Shown here: one piece after another, positions 29,628 to 39,475 of the stretch
Layout of the letters: the number at the start of each line of letters is the position of its first letter
Numbering within the stretch: position 1 is the first letter of the stretch
Source: an uncultured Chthonomonadaceae bacterium
Lineage (GTDB): Bacteria; Armatimonadota; Chthonomonadetes; Chthonomonadales; Chthonomonadaceae
Reading direction: 5' to 3'
Length of the DNA stretch: 64,000 bases
NCBI GenBank assembly: GCA_963835065.1
Contig: CAWIEK010000044.1
Coordinates: 96,001-160,000 of the forward strand
Program-made: the position numbers and the translations under genes
Notes under the pieces: model-generated
What the model was told of the DNA's origin: nothing
What the model saw: the letters and a program-made list of their open reading frames with translations, nothing else
The model's database searches: none

Positions 29628-29774
29628 TTCGTTTGGGTACAGCAGCCGAATTAAGCCCTGTACAGGCATAATCCCGCCCAAAAGCCCGAACACTCCCTTG
29701 CCCGCGCCCGCGAGGAGAAAACGGGGCAGGTTTCTCCATTGGAGAAAGTCTACTGCAAGAACATAGAGTGCAAT

Positions 29775-30502
29775 ATGGTACAAAACCATGATGAACTAGC
29801 GACTCAGAGAACCGACTACGTTGCCTCCGCAACCAAAGCTGCACTCGGTTTGGTTCCGTTTGCAGGTTCGCTGTTGGCAGAGGTTGCCGGGACAGTCATT
29901 CCTAATCAGCGCGTGGATCGTTTGGTAAAGTTCGCGGAAGTGCTGGAAGAAAAGCTACGCGGGCTGGAACAAGAATTTGTTCGTTCTCAGGTAAATAATG
30001 AGAATTTTACGGACTTGCTGGAAGAAGGCATACGTCAGGCGGCGCGTTCGTTGAGTGATGAGCGCCGGGAACACATCGCAAGCCTGATTGCTACCAGTCT
30101 GTCTCAGGAGGACATAGAATACATCGAAGCGAACACTTGCTACGGATACTTGGAGAAATCAACGACATTGAAGTGATCTGGCTGAAGTATCATTATGATA
30201 GGCAGTTTGCAGGCTTTGCTGACGATATACGCGGGAAACATGTGGATATACTAGAACCAATCGTTGCAGGCTTGGGCGACCTCATTTTACAACAAAAGCG
30301 GGCAATTCAGATTAGCTATTCAGACCATTTAGCGAAGTTGGGATTACTAGACCGTCTTTACAACGCTGGCGGAATAACGAGTGCGCTTGAATTTGATGCC
30401 TCTGGCAGCATGAAGGTTCGGGGATACGAAGTCACCCGATTAGGAAACATCCTTGTTCGCTCAATTATGCCCGAACATACAGAAAGCAAACCCAACATTT
30501 GA
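29775..30502 (+). pseudogene. Island hypothetical protein (possibly Abi-alpha/DUF4393-like), frameshift near 30131
   Basis: Adding one A gives IEAKHLLRILGEINDIEV, joining two ORFs. C-terminal YEVTRLG is wHTH-like. Confidence 0.6.
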
Positions 30503-30542
30503 CTACACGGTGAAACAGTAGAGCGAAGTAGGCTAAACAATT

Positions 30543-31295
30543 ATGATTGAGCCAATTTATCCGGTGGAATTTGAATTAGATTGCAAGAAACTGGCAGGAG
30601 CGACACATGGGGCTTTGATCGTCAGACTGGCGATGGCAGTAAGTGACCTTGCGAAAACCAGTTTTCTTGTAAAATTAGGTAATCTTTACGGCTCAGATGC
30701 GGACGTTTCTTAACCTTCAGAGGCTGCTGATGCTTATTTGAGCGACTACTTTAAAGCAGAGCGAACAACTTTAAGTTTCCGACTTTATGCAATGCGTATG
30801 CAGGCTGGACATGTGCGCGAAGGTGTTCACATCGTGAAAGACATTGCAAAGTCTGAACAGGATTTCATGCCCTGTTTTAGTAAATTGAACTTAGAAGATA
30901 AGGCAGCATACGAGTATTTCAAAGCCTGTTGGCGGAAAGACTCCGACGAAGAAAAAGAGTTTATGAAGTATGTGGGTGATCTGCGCCATTCAGTAACGTT
31001 TCACTATGACCAAACCGCCGTAAAGAACGCACTGGCGCAAATGGCAGACCGCAATGACCTGTCAACAAGCAAACTGATCCTTGATGAGGATGTTCATAAA
31101 CCTACATTTCCTATTGCGGACGGGGTAATCATGTGTGCCATTGGTTCAGGATGTTGGGGAATTGACATATTCAATTCGCAGGGACAAGAAGAACTGAAGG
31201 ATAGGATTGCTTGGATGGGACAACAAAGCCAACGCTTTTACCATTTCGGCAGAAGCCTTTGCACATACTATTTTACAGATTATCTTGCAAAATAG
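30543..31295 (+). pseudogene. HEPN-like protein with in-frame TAA at 30711-30713
   Basis: ATG 30543 is in frame with ORF 30738-31295; LRHSVTFHYD fits the HEPN R-x4-6-H motif. Confidence 0.6.
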
Positions 31296-31523
31296 TTTGC
31301 TTGGGTTGGTTCTCTGTTGGCGATATTCGCGCTTTCATGGTGATAAGCACCCGGTTCCTTATTTGAGAACCGGGCGCTTGTGTTGTTGGATGGCAGGCAT
31401 TGCAGCCCTTGCCGGCAACTTTCTCCATTGGAGAAACGGTAAAACACAACAGCCACAGGAACCGCGAATAGGCGGCCTGTGGCTGTTTGACTGTGTAGAC
31501 TGGTTCCTGCTGTGGGCAGGGCG

Positions 31524-32183
31524 CTAAACGGTTTTGCTGGCCTGTTTGCGGCGGCGCAGGAAGGCGGCTCCGGCGAGGGTCATGCCGGTGAGGAGGGCGA
31601 TGGAGCCGGGTTCGGGAACAGCGGCGGGAGTGAATTGAATGGTGTCTAGCGCCAAACCGCTGCTGGACAGTGTTGTGATGTGGATACGGTCGAACGTCTC
31701 GTTCCGAAAGCCGACGAAGCCTGCTCCTGGAGATGTAGGAACAATCAACGTGGCGCTGTCCACTGTTGTTGATCCGAGCAGGGCCGTGAACGTGTAAGAA
31801 TTGTTCAGATCTACGGCGGCAAAGGCGGCGGCGGACACCGGGGTATTGAAGATAATGTCGTATGGCCCGGCAGTGAAGGTAGCCGTGTTTCGATTGTATG
31901 TGTCCGTGTACGCGCCGGAAAACCCTGTGGAGCCGAGTACATTAGTGAAATCTGTCGAGTCATAGTAGAGCAGGCCGCTGAAGGTGACGCCCTGTGTGGA
32001 GAATTGGGTGGTGAGTTGCTGCGCGTCCGGGACGCTGACTTCGTTGAAAGTGAGGGTTCTGGCGGGGCTGGTAAGCCCGGTTGCATTGTTGAAGAACTGG
32101 GCGTGGGCGGGACGGGAGGCGAGCAGACCTACCGCAAGCAGAGTTGCCGGGAACGCGGCAGAGAGTTTGTTGAAACTGATCAA
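31524..32183 (-). CDS. PEP-CTERM exported protein
   Basis: SD AAGGAG, TTG 32183, signal peptide PAHA/Q, tail VPEPGSIALLTGMTLAGAAFLRRRK. Confidence 0.92.
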   Translation of the reverse strand: MISFNKLSAAFPATLLAVGLLASRPAHAQFFNNATGLTSPARTLTFNEVSVPDAQQLTTQFSTQGVTFSGLLYYDSTDFTNVLGSTGFSGAYTDTYNRNTATFTAGPYDIIFNTPVSAAAFAAVDLNNSYTFTALLGSTTVDSATLIVPTSPGAGFVGFRNETFDRIHITTLSSSGLALDTIQFTPAAVPEPGSIALLTGMTLAGAAFLRRRKQASKTV

Positions 32184-32281
32184 GAGAACTCCTTTGGAAT
32201 AAGCAACAGCAAAGTAGCGACGAGAGAAATACGCCACCCGGCAGAGAGGGAAGTATTTCCCTCTGGATATTTTTTTACTAT

Positions 32282-32298
32282 TGCACAATTCATGCCAA
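32282..32298 (-). promoter_or_regulatory. Sigma54-type -24/-12 promoter
   Basis: Minus strand TTGGCATGAATTGTGCA (GG-N10-GC), about 100 nt upstream of the PEP-CTERM start. Confidence 0.55.
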
Positions 32299-32582
32299 AC
32301 GGACACTTTTGCGCCTTTTGCACGAAAATGCTACATTTATTTTCACGGCAAACGGGCAAAGAGAGACGTTTCGCTAATTGGCGACACTTTCAGTAGACGC
32401 AAACTTACGCACACAATGGCGTTTACAAACATATAGCTTGTGCCATCGGGAGGGTAGGGGATAGACTTTCAGTGACTTTAAAGAAGCACGAGACCCCTGC
32501 AAGTCTCGCAATTTTCCATCAGCGGATAAAGCAGATACTTGATGCCGTTCGAGAAGGGAAAAGCCGCGCAAAACAGCCGTTT

Positions 32583-32648
32583 TCAGTCGGTAGAGCAACG
32601 CCCTTTTAAGGCGTGGGCCCTGGGTTCGAGTCCCAGTGCTCTCACCAT
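32583..32648 (+). repeat. attR-like duplicate of the tRNA-Lys 3' part
   Basis: Lacks the first 11 nt of the tRNA. Confidence 0.92.
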
Positions 32649-32812
32649 CGGAAACGCGGACAGCGGCACGGAGTTGCAGACTTCATGCCGCTGTTTGCCG
32701 TTTGGAGCGTGTACTTGCAGGGGGTTCGTCTTCGGAAAAGATCACCGTTCCACTTCTTTTTCGACACAAGGAGACGAAAAATCATGCGAAGTATTTATTG
32801 GCCTACACTCTG

Positions 32813-33220
32813 TTATGGGTAGGTTCTCAAATCTTCGTTTGCCATATCTGCGAGCCTTGTACGAAGTGTCTTGTAAATTCGCTTCTCCATACCAGGCGGC
32901 CTACGTAGCCCTGTAAGACCGGAGTGTCTTTCTGCACCAGGGCGGGTATCACGTTTATCCGTTCCCTCTATGTACAAAGTATCCCATACTACATCTAACA
33001 CAGGGTGTACAAGTCCAAGAGTGATTAGAGAGCGAATTCTGCTTACACTTAGACGGCAGTACAATCCATAATTGAGTTTGTTCTCGCCCATAAACTCACG
33101 GGCTTGTTCCGGTGAGGTAAGGCTCTCTGCCCATACTGATATTGAATGTAGAGGAGGCGCATCATCTATAGTGGCTCCCACTGTACCGATGCCGGCGAGG
33201 AGAGCGATAGAGCCGGGTTC
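32813..33220 (-). pseudogene. Chimeric remnant: PEP-CTERM signal fragment fused to an unrelated hypothetical protein fragment
   Basis: Frame reads EPGSIALLAGIGTVGA-TIDDAPPLHSISVW; DNA 33189-33222 resembles 31582-31615. Confidence 0.55.
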
Positions 33221-33340
33221 GGATTGAACTCGCTAATTGTAGTATGTTCTGGGGCGAATCCCACAAAGGAATCCTGCCTTCCCATGCCGAACTGTGCGGG
33301 CAGATATAATTTTTAGCAGCAAAGGAGCGATGGAAACGCT

Positions 33341-34372
33341 ATGGATGGAAACGGGTTCGACCAAAAAATAGGAGTGGCGCTGTTGTCCCTTGCGCACGTT
33401 CATGCGCGGGGCTACGCCGATCAGGTGCGCGACCATCCCGACTTGCAGGCGGTTGTGATTTGGGACGAGGACGAGGAGCGGGGCCGCAACGAAGCGGACA
33501 AGCGCGGCCTGCCGTTCAATCCTGATCTGGACGCGGTTTTGGCAATGCCCGAAGTCCAGGCGGTTGTCTGCTCCGCGCCCACCAATCGGCATCGGGACAT
33601 TCTTATTTCCTCAGCGCAGGCGGGCAAGCACATTTTTACGGAAAAATCGCTGACCATTACCATTGCCGACGCGACGGACGTGATGCGGGCTGTGGAAGAC
33701 AATGGCGTGAAGTTTATGATTTCTCTCCCCTCCCGCGTTCGCCCGGAGATTCTGTTCGCCAAGAAAGTGCTGGATGAGGGTTTGCTTGGACAGGTGACGA
33801 TGATGCGCGCCCGCATTGCGCACATGGCGGCTTTAGACCGGTGGTTCAGCGCGGGTTCGGCGTGGTTCGGAGATGAAGAGCAGGCGGGCGGCGGCGCGTT
33901 TTTCGATTTAGGCTGTCACCGCGTGGACATCATGCGGTGGTTTTTGGGCGAGCCTATGTCCGTCGTCACGCAGATGAACAACTTCAGCCAGGCTTATGAT
34001 ATTGACGACAACATGGTGTCTGTAGTCACGTTCCGCAACAACGCGATTGGCATCTTGGACGTGTCGTGGGTGCAGCGCTTCGGCCCCAACCCCTTAGAAA
34101 TCTACGGCACGGGCGGCTACCTGAGCATCGAAGCGGCTCCCAACGGCCCTCGAATCCAGCTTATCAGCGACCAACTCAAGAGCGGCGATATTCAGGGTTA
34201 TATTAGTCCGACGGTTCTGCCGCCCGCGCTTCCGCCCCCGATGCAGCAGTGGGTATCCGCCATCAAGAACGGCACATCCACGACCATCAGCATTTACGAT
34301 GCGTGGGCGCTGGTGCAGTTGCTGGAAGGCTGCTACACGGCGGCGCGTAACGGCCATGAGGTCACGTTTTAA
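33341..34372 (+). CDS. Gfo/Idh/MocA oxidoreductase
   Basis: AGKHIFTEK, GGGAFFDLGCH. Confidence 0.92.
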   Translation: MDGNGFDQKIGVALLSLAHVHARGYADQVRDHPDLQAVVIWDEDEERGRNEADKRGLPFNPDLDAVLAMPEVQAVVCSAPTNRHRDILISSAQAGKHIFTEKSLTITIADATDVMRAVEDNGVKFMISLPSRVRPEILFAKKVLDEGLLGQVTMMRARIAHMAALDRWFSAGSAWFGDEEQAGGGAFFDLGCHRVDIMRWFLGEPMSVVTQMNNFSQAYDIDDNMVSVVTFRNNAIGILDVSWVQRFGPNPLEIYGTGGYLSIEAAPNGPRIQLISDQLKSGDIQGYISPTVLPPALPPPMQQWVSAIKNGTSTTISIYDAWALVQLLEGCYTAARNGHEVTF

Positions 34373-34373
34373 C

Positions 34374-34781
34374 ATGGAGGAAACGGACGAAGAAATTTCC
34401 AAAGAAGAGAGCGGCGATTTCTTGACGCTGTTTGCGCCTGTGTATGTGGTTGTGCGTTCTATACCGACGGGCAAGGTGATGACGTATGGGCAGGTAGCGG
34501 ACGCGACGATGGGCATTGCGTTTACGGCGCGGCAGGTGGGAACCGCGATGCGCTACGCGCCCGCCGATGTGCCCTGGCAGCGCGTGGTCGGCGCGGGCGG
34601 AACCCTGCCGATTGCCAAGCGCAGTCCCGAAGCTGGGCTGCTCCAGCGCCGCCTGCTGGAGCGGGAGGGCGTCACGTTTCTGGAGCGCGACCCCAACCGC
34701 GTAGATATGCCCCGCAGTCAATGGCTTCCCGAACCGCCTGCCACCTTTGGCGAAGAGGAACTGCCCGGTCTGTTCGATTAG
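34374..34781 (+). CDS. Alkyltransferase-like (ATL/MGMT family) protein
   Basis: IPTGKVMTYGQVA, ARQVG, PWQRV (no catalytic Cys). Confidence 0.88.
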   Translation: MEETDEEISKEESGDFLTLFAPVYVVVRSIPTGKVMTYGQVADATMGIAFTARQVGTAMRYAPADVPWQRVVGAGGTLPIAKRSPEAGLLQRRLLEREGVTFLERDPNRVDMPRSQWLPEPPATFGEEELPGLFD

Positions 34782-34782
34782 G

Positions 34783-34858
34783 AAGGGATAAGGGGTAAGG
34801 GGTAGGGGATAAGTAAATGCAGTTTCTTATCCCTTATCCCTTACCACTTACCACTTAC
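34783..34858. repeat. Inverted heptamer arrays (AAGGG(A/G)T / CTTATCC-CTTACCA)
   Basis: Direct reading. Confidence 0.85.
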
Positions 34859-34863
34859 TCACT

Positions 34864-35481
34864 ATGCAAGTCGCCTGGAACTTTTACCGTTTTGATTATG
34901 ATCGTTTTCTGGCAATGCGCCCGTTGTTGCGCGCGGCGACAACCCCGGAAGCGTTTGCCGCGTTTGGGCAAGGCGCGGAAATCGAGGCCATCGCGGACGC
35001 GGTTGCGGAACAATCGCTGACGCTGGAAGAAGCGCGTAACGCGCTGGTATTGTGCCTGTGCTGTGAGGGCGATGCGCTTCCCGTAGACGCTTCCTTTCCC
35101 CGGTTTGTGGCGGCCCTGGCGCGGCGCAAGGGGGCCGAGGAGACGGCGGAAACATTGGGCGCGTTAATCAGTGGCGGCAAGCCCGTCGAGGCGTGGATGG
35201 CAGCGGACGATGGCATTGCCGGCCTGCTCACGCCTGCGGAAACCCTGCAGATTTGCGCGGCCTATCTGCCCCTGCTGTCGCGGAAGGGGCGCAGTTTGTC
35301 GCAGGTGGGCCGTAAACCCGGCAGGCGAACCCGGCGGGGCGGACTAGTCGGCGCATGTATCAGTTTTGTACGCCATTTGCTGAACCTCGGCCCGCTTCCC
35401 GATGATCTACTGGCGCTTCTGGGCAGCCTGCTGAAAGAAGCGCACTCCAATAAGCAGGGTATCGCCGTAACAATTGCCTGA
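34864..35481 (+). CDS. Hypothetical protein
   Basis: 205-aa ORF with host-like codon usage. Confidence 0.7.
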   Translation: MQVAWNFYRFDYDRFLAMRPLLRAATTPEAFAAFGQGAEIEAIADAVAEQSLTLEEARNALVLCLCCEGDALPVDASFPRFVAALARRKGAEETAETLGALISGGKPVEAWMAADDGIAGLLTPAETLQICAAYLPLLSRKGRSLSQVGRKPGRRTRRGGLVGACISFVRHLLNLGPLPDDLLALLGSLLKEAHSNKQGIAVTIA

Positions 35482-35574
35482 CCGTCCGCCAGGATTGCGA
35501 AAACGCGCGCAGTGAAATTTTTGTAACGCTTCGGCTGTTGCGTTCGTCCATTGCATCAAACATCCCGAAATTGC

Positions 35575-35753
35575 GGGTATTCAGGTGTTCGGTGTTCAGG
35601 TATTCGGAAAATTCTCGGCACGAATACAGCGCTTTGCAGGACAGCCTCTATATGCTGTACGCAACTTGGAGCAGGAATATGCCAAATGATCCAACCACCG
35701 AACACCGAATACCTGAATACCTGAATACCTGAACACCGAACACCGAACACCGA
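35575..35753. repeat. Inverted 7/8-mer arrays (GGTGTTC-AGGTATTC / GAACACC-GAATACCT)
   Basis: Direct reading; a related single arm lies at 16133-16165. Confidence 0.85.
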
Positions 35754-35919
35754 TTTCGGCAGGAGAGTGAACAATTTTGGCGGCACAGGCGTCCTAGTTA
35801 AAGAATGTATGCGCCATCTTTATGTATAAATCGTCCTCTCCTGCAGAAAATACTGCTGTAAAAGTTGGTTTTCATAACCGACAATAGGGGCGTCCTAGAT
35901 TAGGAAAGGAGACCCTGCC

Positions 35920-36147
35920 ATGCTCAGTTGCGTGGAAGAGTGCGTTTTGCGGCTCACAAAAGAAGAAGCCCTGGGTCTGCTGGAACTCGCCATGTCGTGT
36001 CCGCTCGACTTATCTGCCGACCAACGCGCGGCTATCGTGAAACTGGGAGAGTTTTGCCGGGAGTGCCTGCGCGCCGACATTGCCGAAGCCGCCACTCTCG
36101 AAGCCCACACTGCGAACAATTCTCTGCCGACGGCCTTTGCCGCCTGA
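35920..36147 (+). CDS. Small hypothetical protein
   Basis: SD AAGGAG, 75 aa. Confidence 0.65.
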   Translation: MLSCVEECVLRLTKEEALGLLELAMSCPLDLSADQRAAIVKLGEFCRECLRADIAEAATLEAHTANNSLPTAFAA

Positions 36148-36347
36148 TTTCGGCAAGCGCCCTTATATTAACGTCTCTTAATCCACCCCCCTCCTGACTG
36201 TGCGCCTTGCAGGAGAGGGGCTATTTGTTTTTGTCTCTTTTGGCTGCGCATTTTCACGTGTGAGTCGTAAGCAAAGTACAGGCGTTTCTTGCAGGCGAGT
36301 TGAATTTTTGCAGGAGAGATGAAAGGGAAACAGGAAGGAGCAACAGC

Positions 36348-36971
36348 ATGGCAGAAGAATCGGGCGGCATTGGCGGCTGGTGGAAGGGGATGCGCGGGAA
36401 AGCGGAAAAAGCGGTCGGGGATCAGCAGGCCGCTTTTGCGCGGGGCAAGGTGGCGGGTGTCGCCGTTACCGACGATGCCGGCAATGTGCTGGCGGAAGCG
36501 GGACAGCGTATAGACGACGCGACCCTTGAACGCGCAAGACAGGCGGGCAAAATGGCGGCGCTGGCGGGCGCGGTCGTGAAAGCGCAGACGCAGGATGCGC
36601 GCGAAGCGGTACAAACGCAGTACGCCAAAACGGAAAACGCGAAGGAAGCGCGGCTGCTCGACAGCGTGGAGGATTACCGCGAAGTGCGCCGGTATTTTGG
36701 CCGTATCCTGACGATGGACGTAACGGATATTCGGGGCAACATTGTCATACCTTCCGGTAAAACGCTGGAGGATGCCGACGTGCAGCGCGCGAGGGACGCC
36801 GGATTGCTTTCCGCCCTGCTCCTTGCTGCGGAACAATCCCTGCCTGCGGCCTCCACCCGCGCCACCCCGGCTCCCGTTTCCACCTATACGCCGCCGCCTG
36901 CGCCCCGTCCCGCGCCCACCTTGCTGAACGCGCCGGACGAGGACAACGCGGGAAGCGATAGAAATTTGTGA
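36348..36971 (+). CDS. Hypothetical protein with two internal repeats
   Basis: SD AAGGAG; VTD..GN.....G.......RAR.AG...AL occurs twice. Confidence 0.75.
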   Translation: MAEESGGIGGWWKGMRGKAEKAVGDQQAAFARGKVAGVAVTDDAGNVLAEAGQRIDDATLERARQAGKMAALAGAVVKAQTQDAREAVQTQYAKTENAKEARLLDSVEDYREVRRYFGRILTMDVTDIRGNIVIPSGKTLEDADVQRARDAGLLSALLLAAEQSLPAASTRATPAPVSTYTPPPAPRPAPTLLNAPDEDNAGSDRNL

Positions 36972-37017
36972 CAGACTGAGAGGAAACCTGTTTGTTTCCT
37001 GCCGGATACGCGCCCGC

Positions 37018-37431
37018 TTACTCGCTCAAGAAGCGTCCTCGCAGTTCAGGAGACGGCAGCATACAGGCTTCCCGCTTGCCGAACAGCCGATACCGATGCC
37101 GCGCGATCAAGTCGTACACGCCGTCGCGCAGGAACGCGGGAACCAGCAGGAAGACAGCCGCGAGAGGCCATAGTCCGCGCAACCGCCGGGCAATCCGCAG
37201 CGCCGCCGCAGACTTGGTGTACACTTTCGCCTGCTCTACCAGCACTACCGAGTCGGGCAACAGGGTTGGCGCTTGCCCGGCTTGCCGCAGCAGGCTTTGC
37301 GCGGCGGCAGATTGCAGGGCCGCGAAGTGAAAGCGCCTGGCAGGATCACGGCGCAGGATGAACTGCACCGAATGGTTGCAGAGGTTGCACTCTCCATCGA
37401 ACAAAACCACAGAGGACACCGGCGCTTCCAT
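37018..37431 (-). CDS. DCC family thiol-disulfide oxidoreductase (YuxK-like)
   Basis: LFDGECNLC, FAALQS, RDGVYDLIARHRY. Confidence 0.92.
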   Translation of the reverse strand: MEAPVSSVVLFDGECNLCNHSVQFILRRDPARRFHFAALQSAAAQSLLRQAGQAPTLLPDSVVLVEQAKVYTKSAAALRIARRLRGLWPLAAVFLLVPAFLRDGVYDLIARHRYRLFGKREACMLPSPELRGRFLSE

Positions 37432-37453
37432 GTTCTTTACCCCACCTTACGCG

Positions 37454-38230
37454 CTAATCCTCAAAAGGTGGCCTGGCATAGCCCCTGCCGAACGGCTCTT
37501 CCGGGCGCTTCCACTCTCCCAACAACGCGCGGCGCAGGGGAGTGGTACGCGCCAGAAAGTCGGGATCGTTGCTGCTGCGATCTGAGGGAACAAGCCACGG
37601 CGGCGCATACACCATGTGCTGAATGAAACGCGGATAATCGCGCCGGTTGCAGGTTCCGCAGTGGTACACGCCCTGATGGAACAGCAAAGCCGTTCCCGGC
37701 TTGCCGCAGATAACATCCCGAATGGGCAGGGCATCGGCGGCTATTTCTTTGGAAAGCGGTACGCTGCTGTTGTGGCTGCCGGGTAGCATCACCATGTTGC
37801 CCATGTCCGGCTCACTCTGATCCGTGAGGAAGAAGCCGACTCGTAACTGCATCAAGGGCGTGGGCGTTGCCAAACGGCGGAACTCATACACGCCGGAACC
37901 ATCCTGATGCCAGCCGCCGCCCTTGAAGCCTGGTGGCGATAGGGTACACCAACTGCTCTGCAAAATGAAGTAGTCGCCCAACAGCGCGCGTACTTTGGGG
38001 AACACGGAGGGATGGTCTATCAAGGGTTCAAAGGCAAGTTCCTGCTCGTAAGCCGCCCCAATCTGCCGCCATTCCTGCGGCGGATGCGGGGCATGAAGGC
38101 GTTTGGCGGCTTCCAGACAAGTGGTGACTTCTTCGGATGTGAGCGCGTCAGGAATAACAAGGTAGCCCGTTACATCGAACATAAACCGCTCGGCTTCCGT
38201 GAGAGAGCCGGGCTGCGCCAGTGGTGTCAT
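37454..38230 (-). CDS. Phytanoyl-CoA dioxygenase family (2OG-Fe)
   Basis: WHQD, LPGSH, distal His in VYHCG. Confidence 0.88.
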   Translation of the reverse strand: MTPLAQPGSLTEAERFMFDVTGYLVIPDALTSEEVTTCLEAAKRLHAPHPPQEWRQIGAAYEQELAFEPLIDHPSVFPKVRALLGDYFILQSSWCTLSPPGFKGGGWHQDGSGVYEFRRLATPTPLMQLRVGFFLTDQSEPDMGNMVMLPGSHNSSVPLSKEIAADALPIRDVICGKPGTALLFHQGVYHCGTCNRRDYPRFIQHMVYAPPWLVPSDRSSNDPDFLARTTPLRRALLGEWKRPEEPFGRGYARPPFED

Positions 38231-38282
38231 AGCATCTTTACTCCTGCTAGATTAATTTCGGCACATGCCTTTCGTCTTCTGC

Positions 38283-39005
38283 TTATTTGGCGGCAGTCTT
38301 CTCTGCTGTTTGACCATCCGGCTTGGGCGGAATGGCTTCGAGGTTGATCTCGATGTCCACATCGTTGCCGACTGCCAGCGCGCCATTGTCCAGCGCCTGG
38401 CTCCACTTGACGCCATAATCCTGGCGGTTGATCCGCAGTTTGGACTGTACGCCGATACGAGGCGTGCCAAAGCCGTCCTTGACGGGGCCGGAGAGTTGAA
38501 AGGGCAAGTCAATTTCTTTAGAAACGCCATGCATGGTGAACGTGCCATGCGCGACATAACTGCTGCCCTTCTTTGTCACCCGGCTGCTCTGGAAGGTGAT
38601 CTGCGGATACGTGGCGACATCAAAGAAATCAGCGGTTTTGAGATGGTTGTCACGCGGGACAACGCCGGTGTCAATGCTGGCGGCCTGAATAGCAATTTGT
38701 ACGGATGACTTGCTGATATGTTCGCCGTCGGCGACAATCGTGCCGGAAAAATCATTGAAGCGCCCGCGCACCAGGTTGACGCCGGAATGGCGCACGGCAA
38801 AGTTGATATTGGTGTGCATCGGGTCCACTTGCCAGGTTCCCGTTAGTTTCACAGGCGGAGTTTGCCGCGCAGGGGAGGGGGCAGGTTTGGCGGCCTCGCT
38901 CGTACCCTGCGCCTGCGTGACGGCAGCGACCAGGCTGGTGGCGTAGAGCAAGCCGCAGGCAGTGCCGGCGAGGGCAATGCGTTTGCGGACGGTTGTTGGT
39001 TTCAT
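38283..39005 (-). CDS. YceI family protein with signal peptide
   Basis: WQVDPMHT, VRGRF, RDNHLKTADFFD, INRQDYG. Confidence 0.92.
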   Translation of the reverse strand: MKPTTVRKRIALAGTACGLLYATSLVAAVTQAQGTSEAAKPAPSPARQTPPVKLTGTWQVDPMHTNINFAVRHSGVNLVRGRFNDFSGTIVADGEHISKSSVQIAIQAASIDTGVVPRDNHLKTADFFDVATYPQITFQSSRVTKKGSSYVAHGTFTMHGVSKEIDLPFQLSGPVKDGFGTPRIGVQSKLRINRQDYGVKWSQALDNGALAVGNDVDIEINLEAIPPKPDGQTAEKTAAK

Positions 39006-39305
39006 CGTTGTTTCTCCTGACAAAATAGTTTGAAGTCTAACTATTTTACGCCAGTAAACCAGCATGAGTTGCACAGGCAAGTCCACATCTATAAATTTTT
39101 CTGCCTGTATCGGCAGAATGTCATGGAAGGAGTTCGCCACTTCCAGGCCGAACCTACGTATCATATTGAAGATACGCAGTGGGTACGCCGGTCGTTGACG
39201 CAGGAAACGGGAGAAACCTTTCCGGGCTTCCGTGATCTGAATGAGCGCTGAACAATCTCCACGACAGTCCTTATTTCGTCGCAACTAACCATCGGCAATT
39301 TCACT

Positions 39306-39455
39306 ACCGGACACATTTATCCGGGCATTGAAAATACCCGTCTGAACGGCGTTCCGCCGAGCGTCCTACGGACGCAATGCACTTCTATAGAAGCATTTAC
39401 GTCCGTAGGACGTTCAGCCGCAGGCTATTCAAACGGTGGTTTTCAATCACCGGCA
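39306..39455. repeat. Degenerate REP-like palindromic element
   Basis: GCGTCCTACGGACGC and CGTCCGTAGGACG, with TTGAAAA/TTTTCAA hairpins as at 22301. ACCGGACACATTTA is shared with 20910-20923. Confidence 0.65.
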
Positions 39456-39475
39456 AAGGCTGGAAAGTTCATTAT

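Larger units (their letters stand above)
29516..32648. mobile_element. Small tRNA-Lys-integrated island remnant bounded by 66-bp direct repeats; no integrase
   Basis: 29516-29581 is identical to 32583-32648. The first two cargo genes look AT-richer than host genes. Confidence 0.88.

Noticed and set aside
32374..32598. Integrase remnant next to attR
   Set aside because: The 74-aa ORF has no tyrosine or serine recombinase motifs.
32583..32648. Second tRNA-Lys gene
   Set aside because: It lacks the 5' acceptor strand and part of the D stem, so it is an att duplicate.
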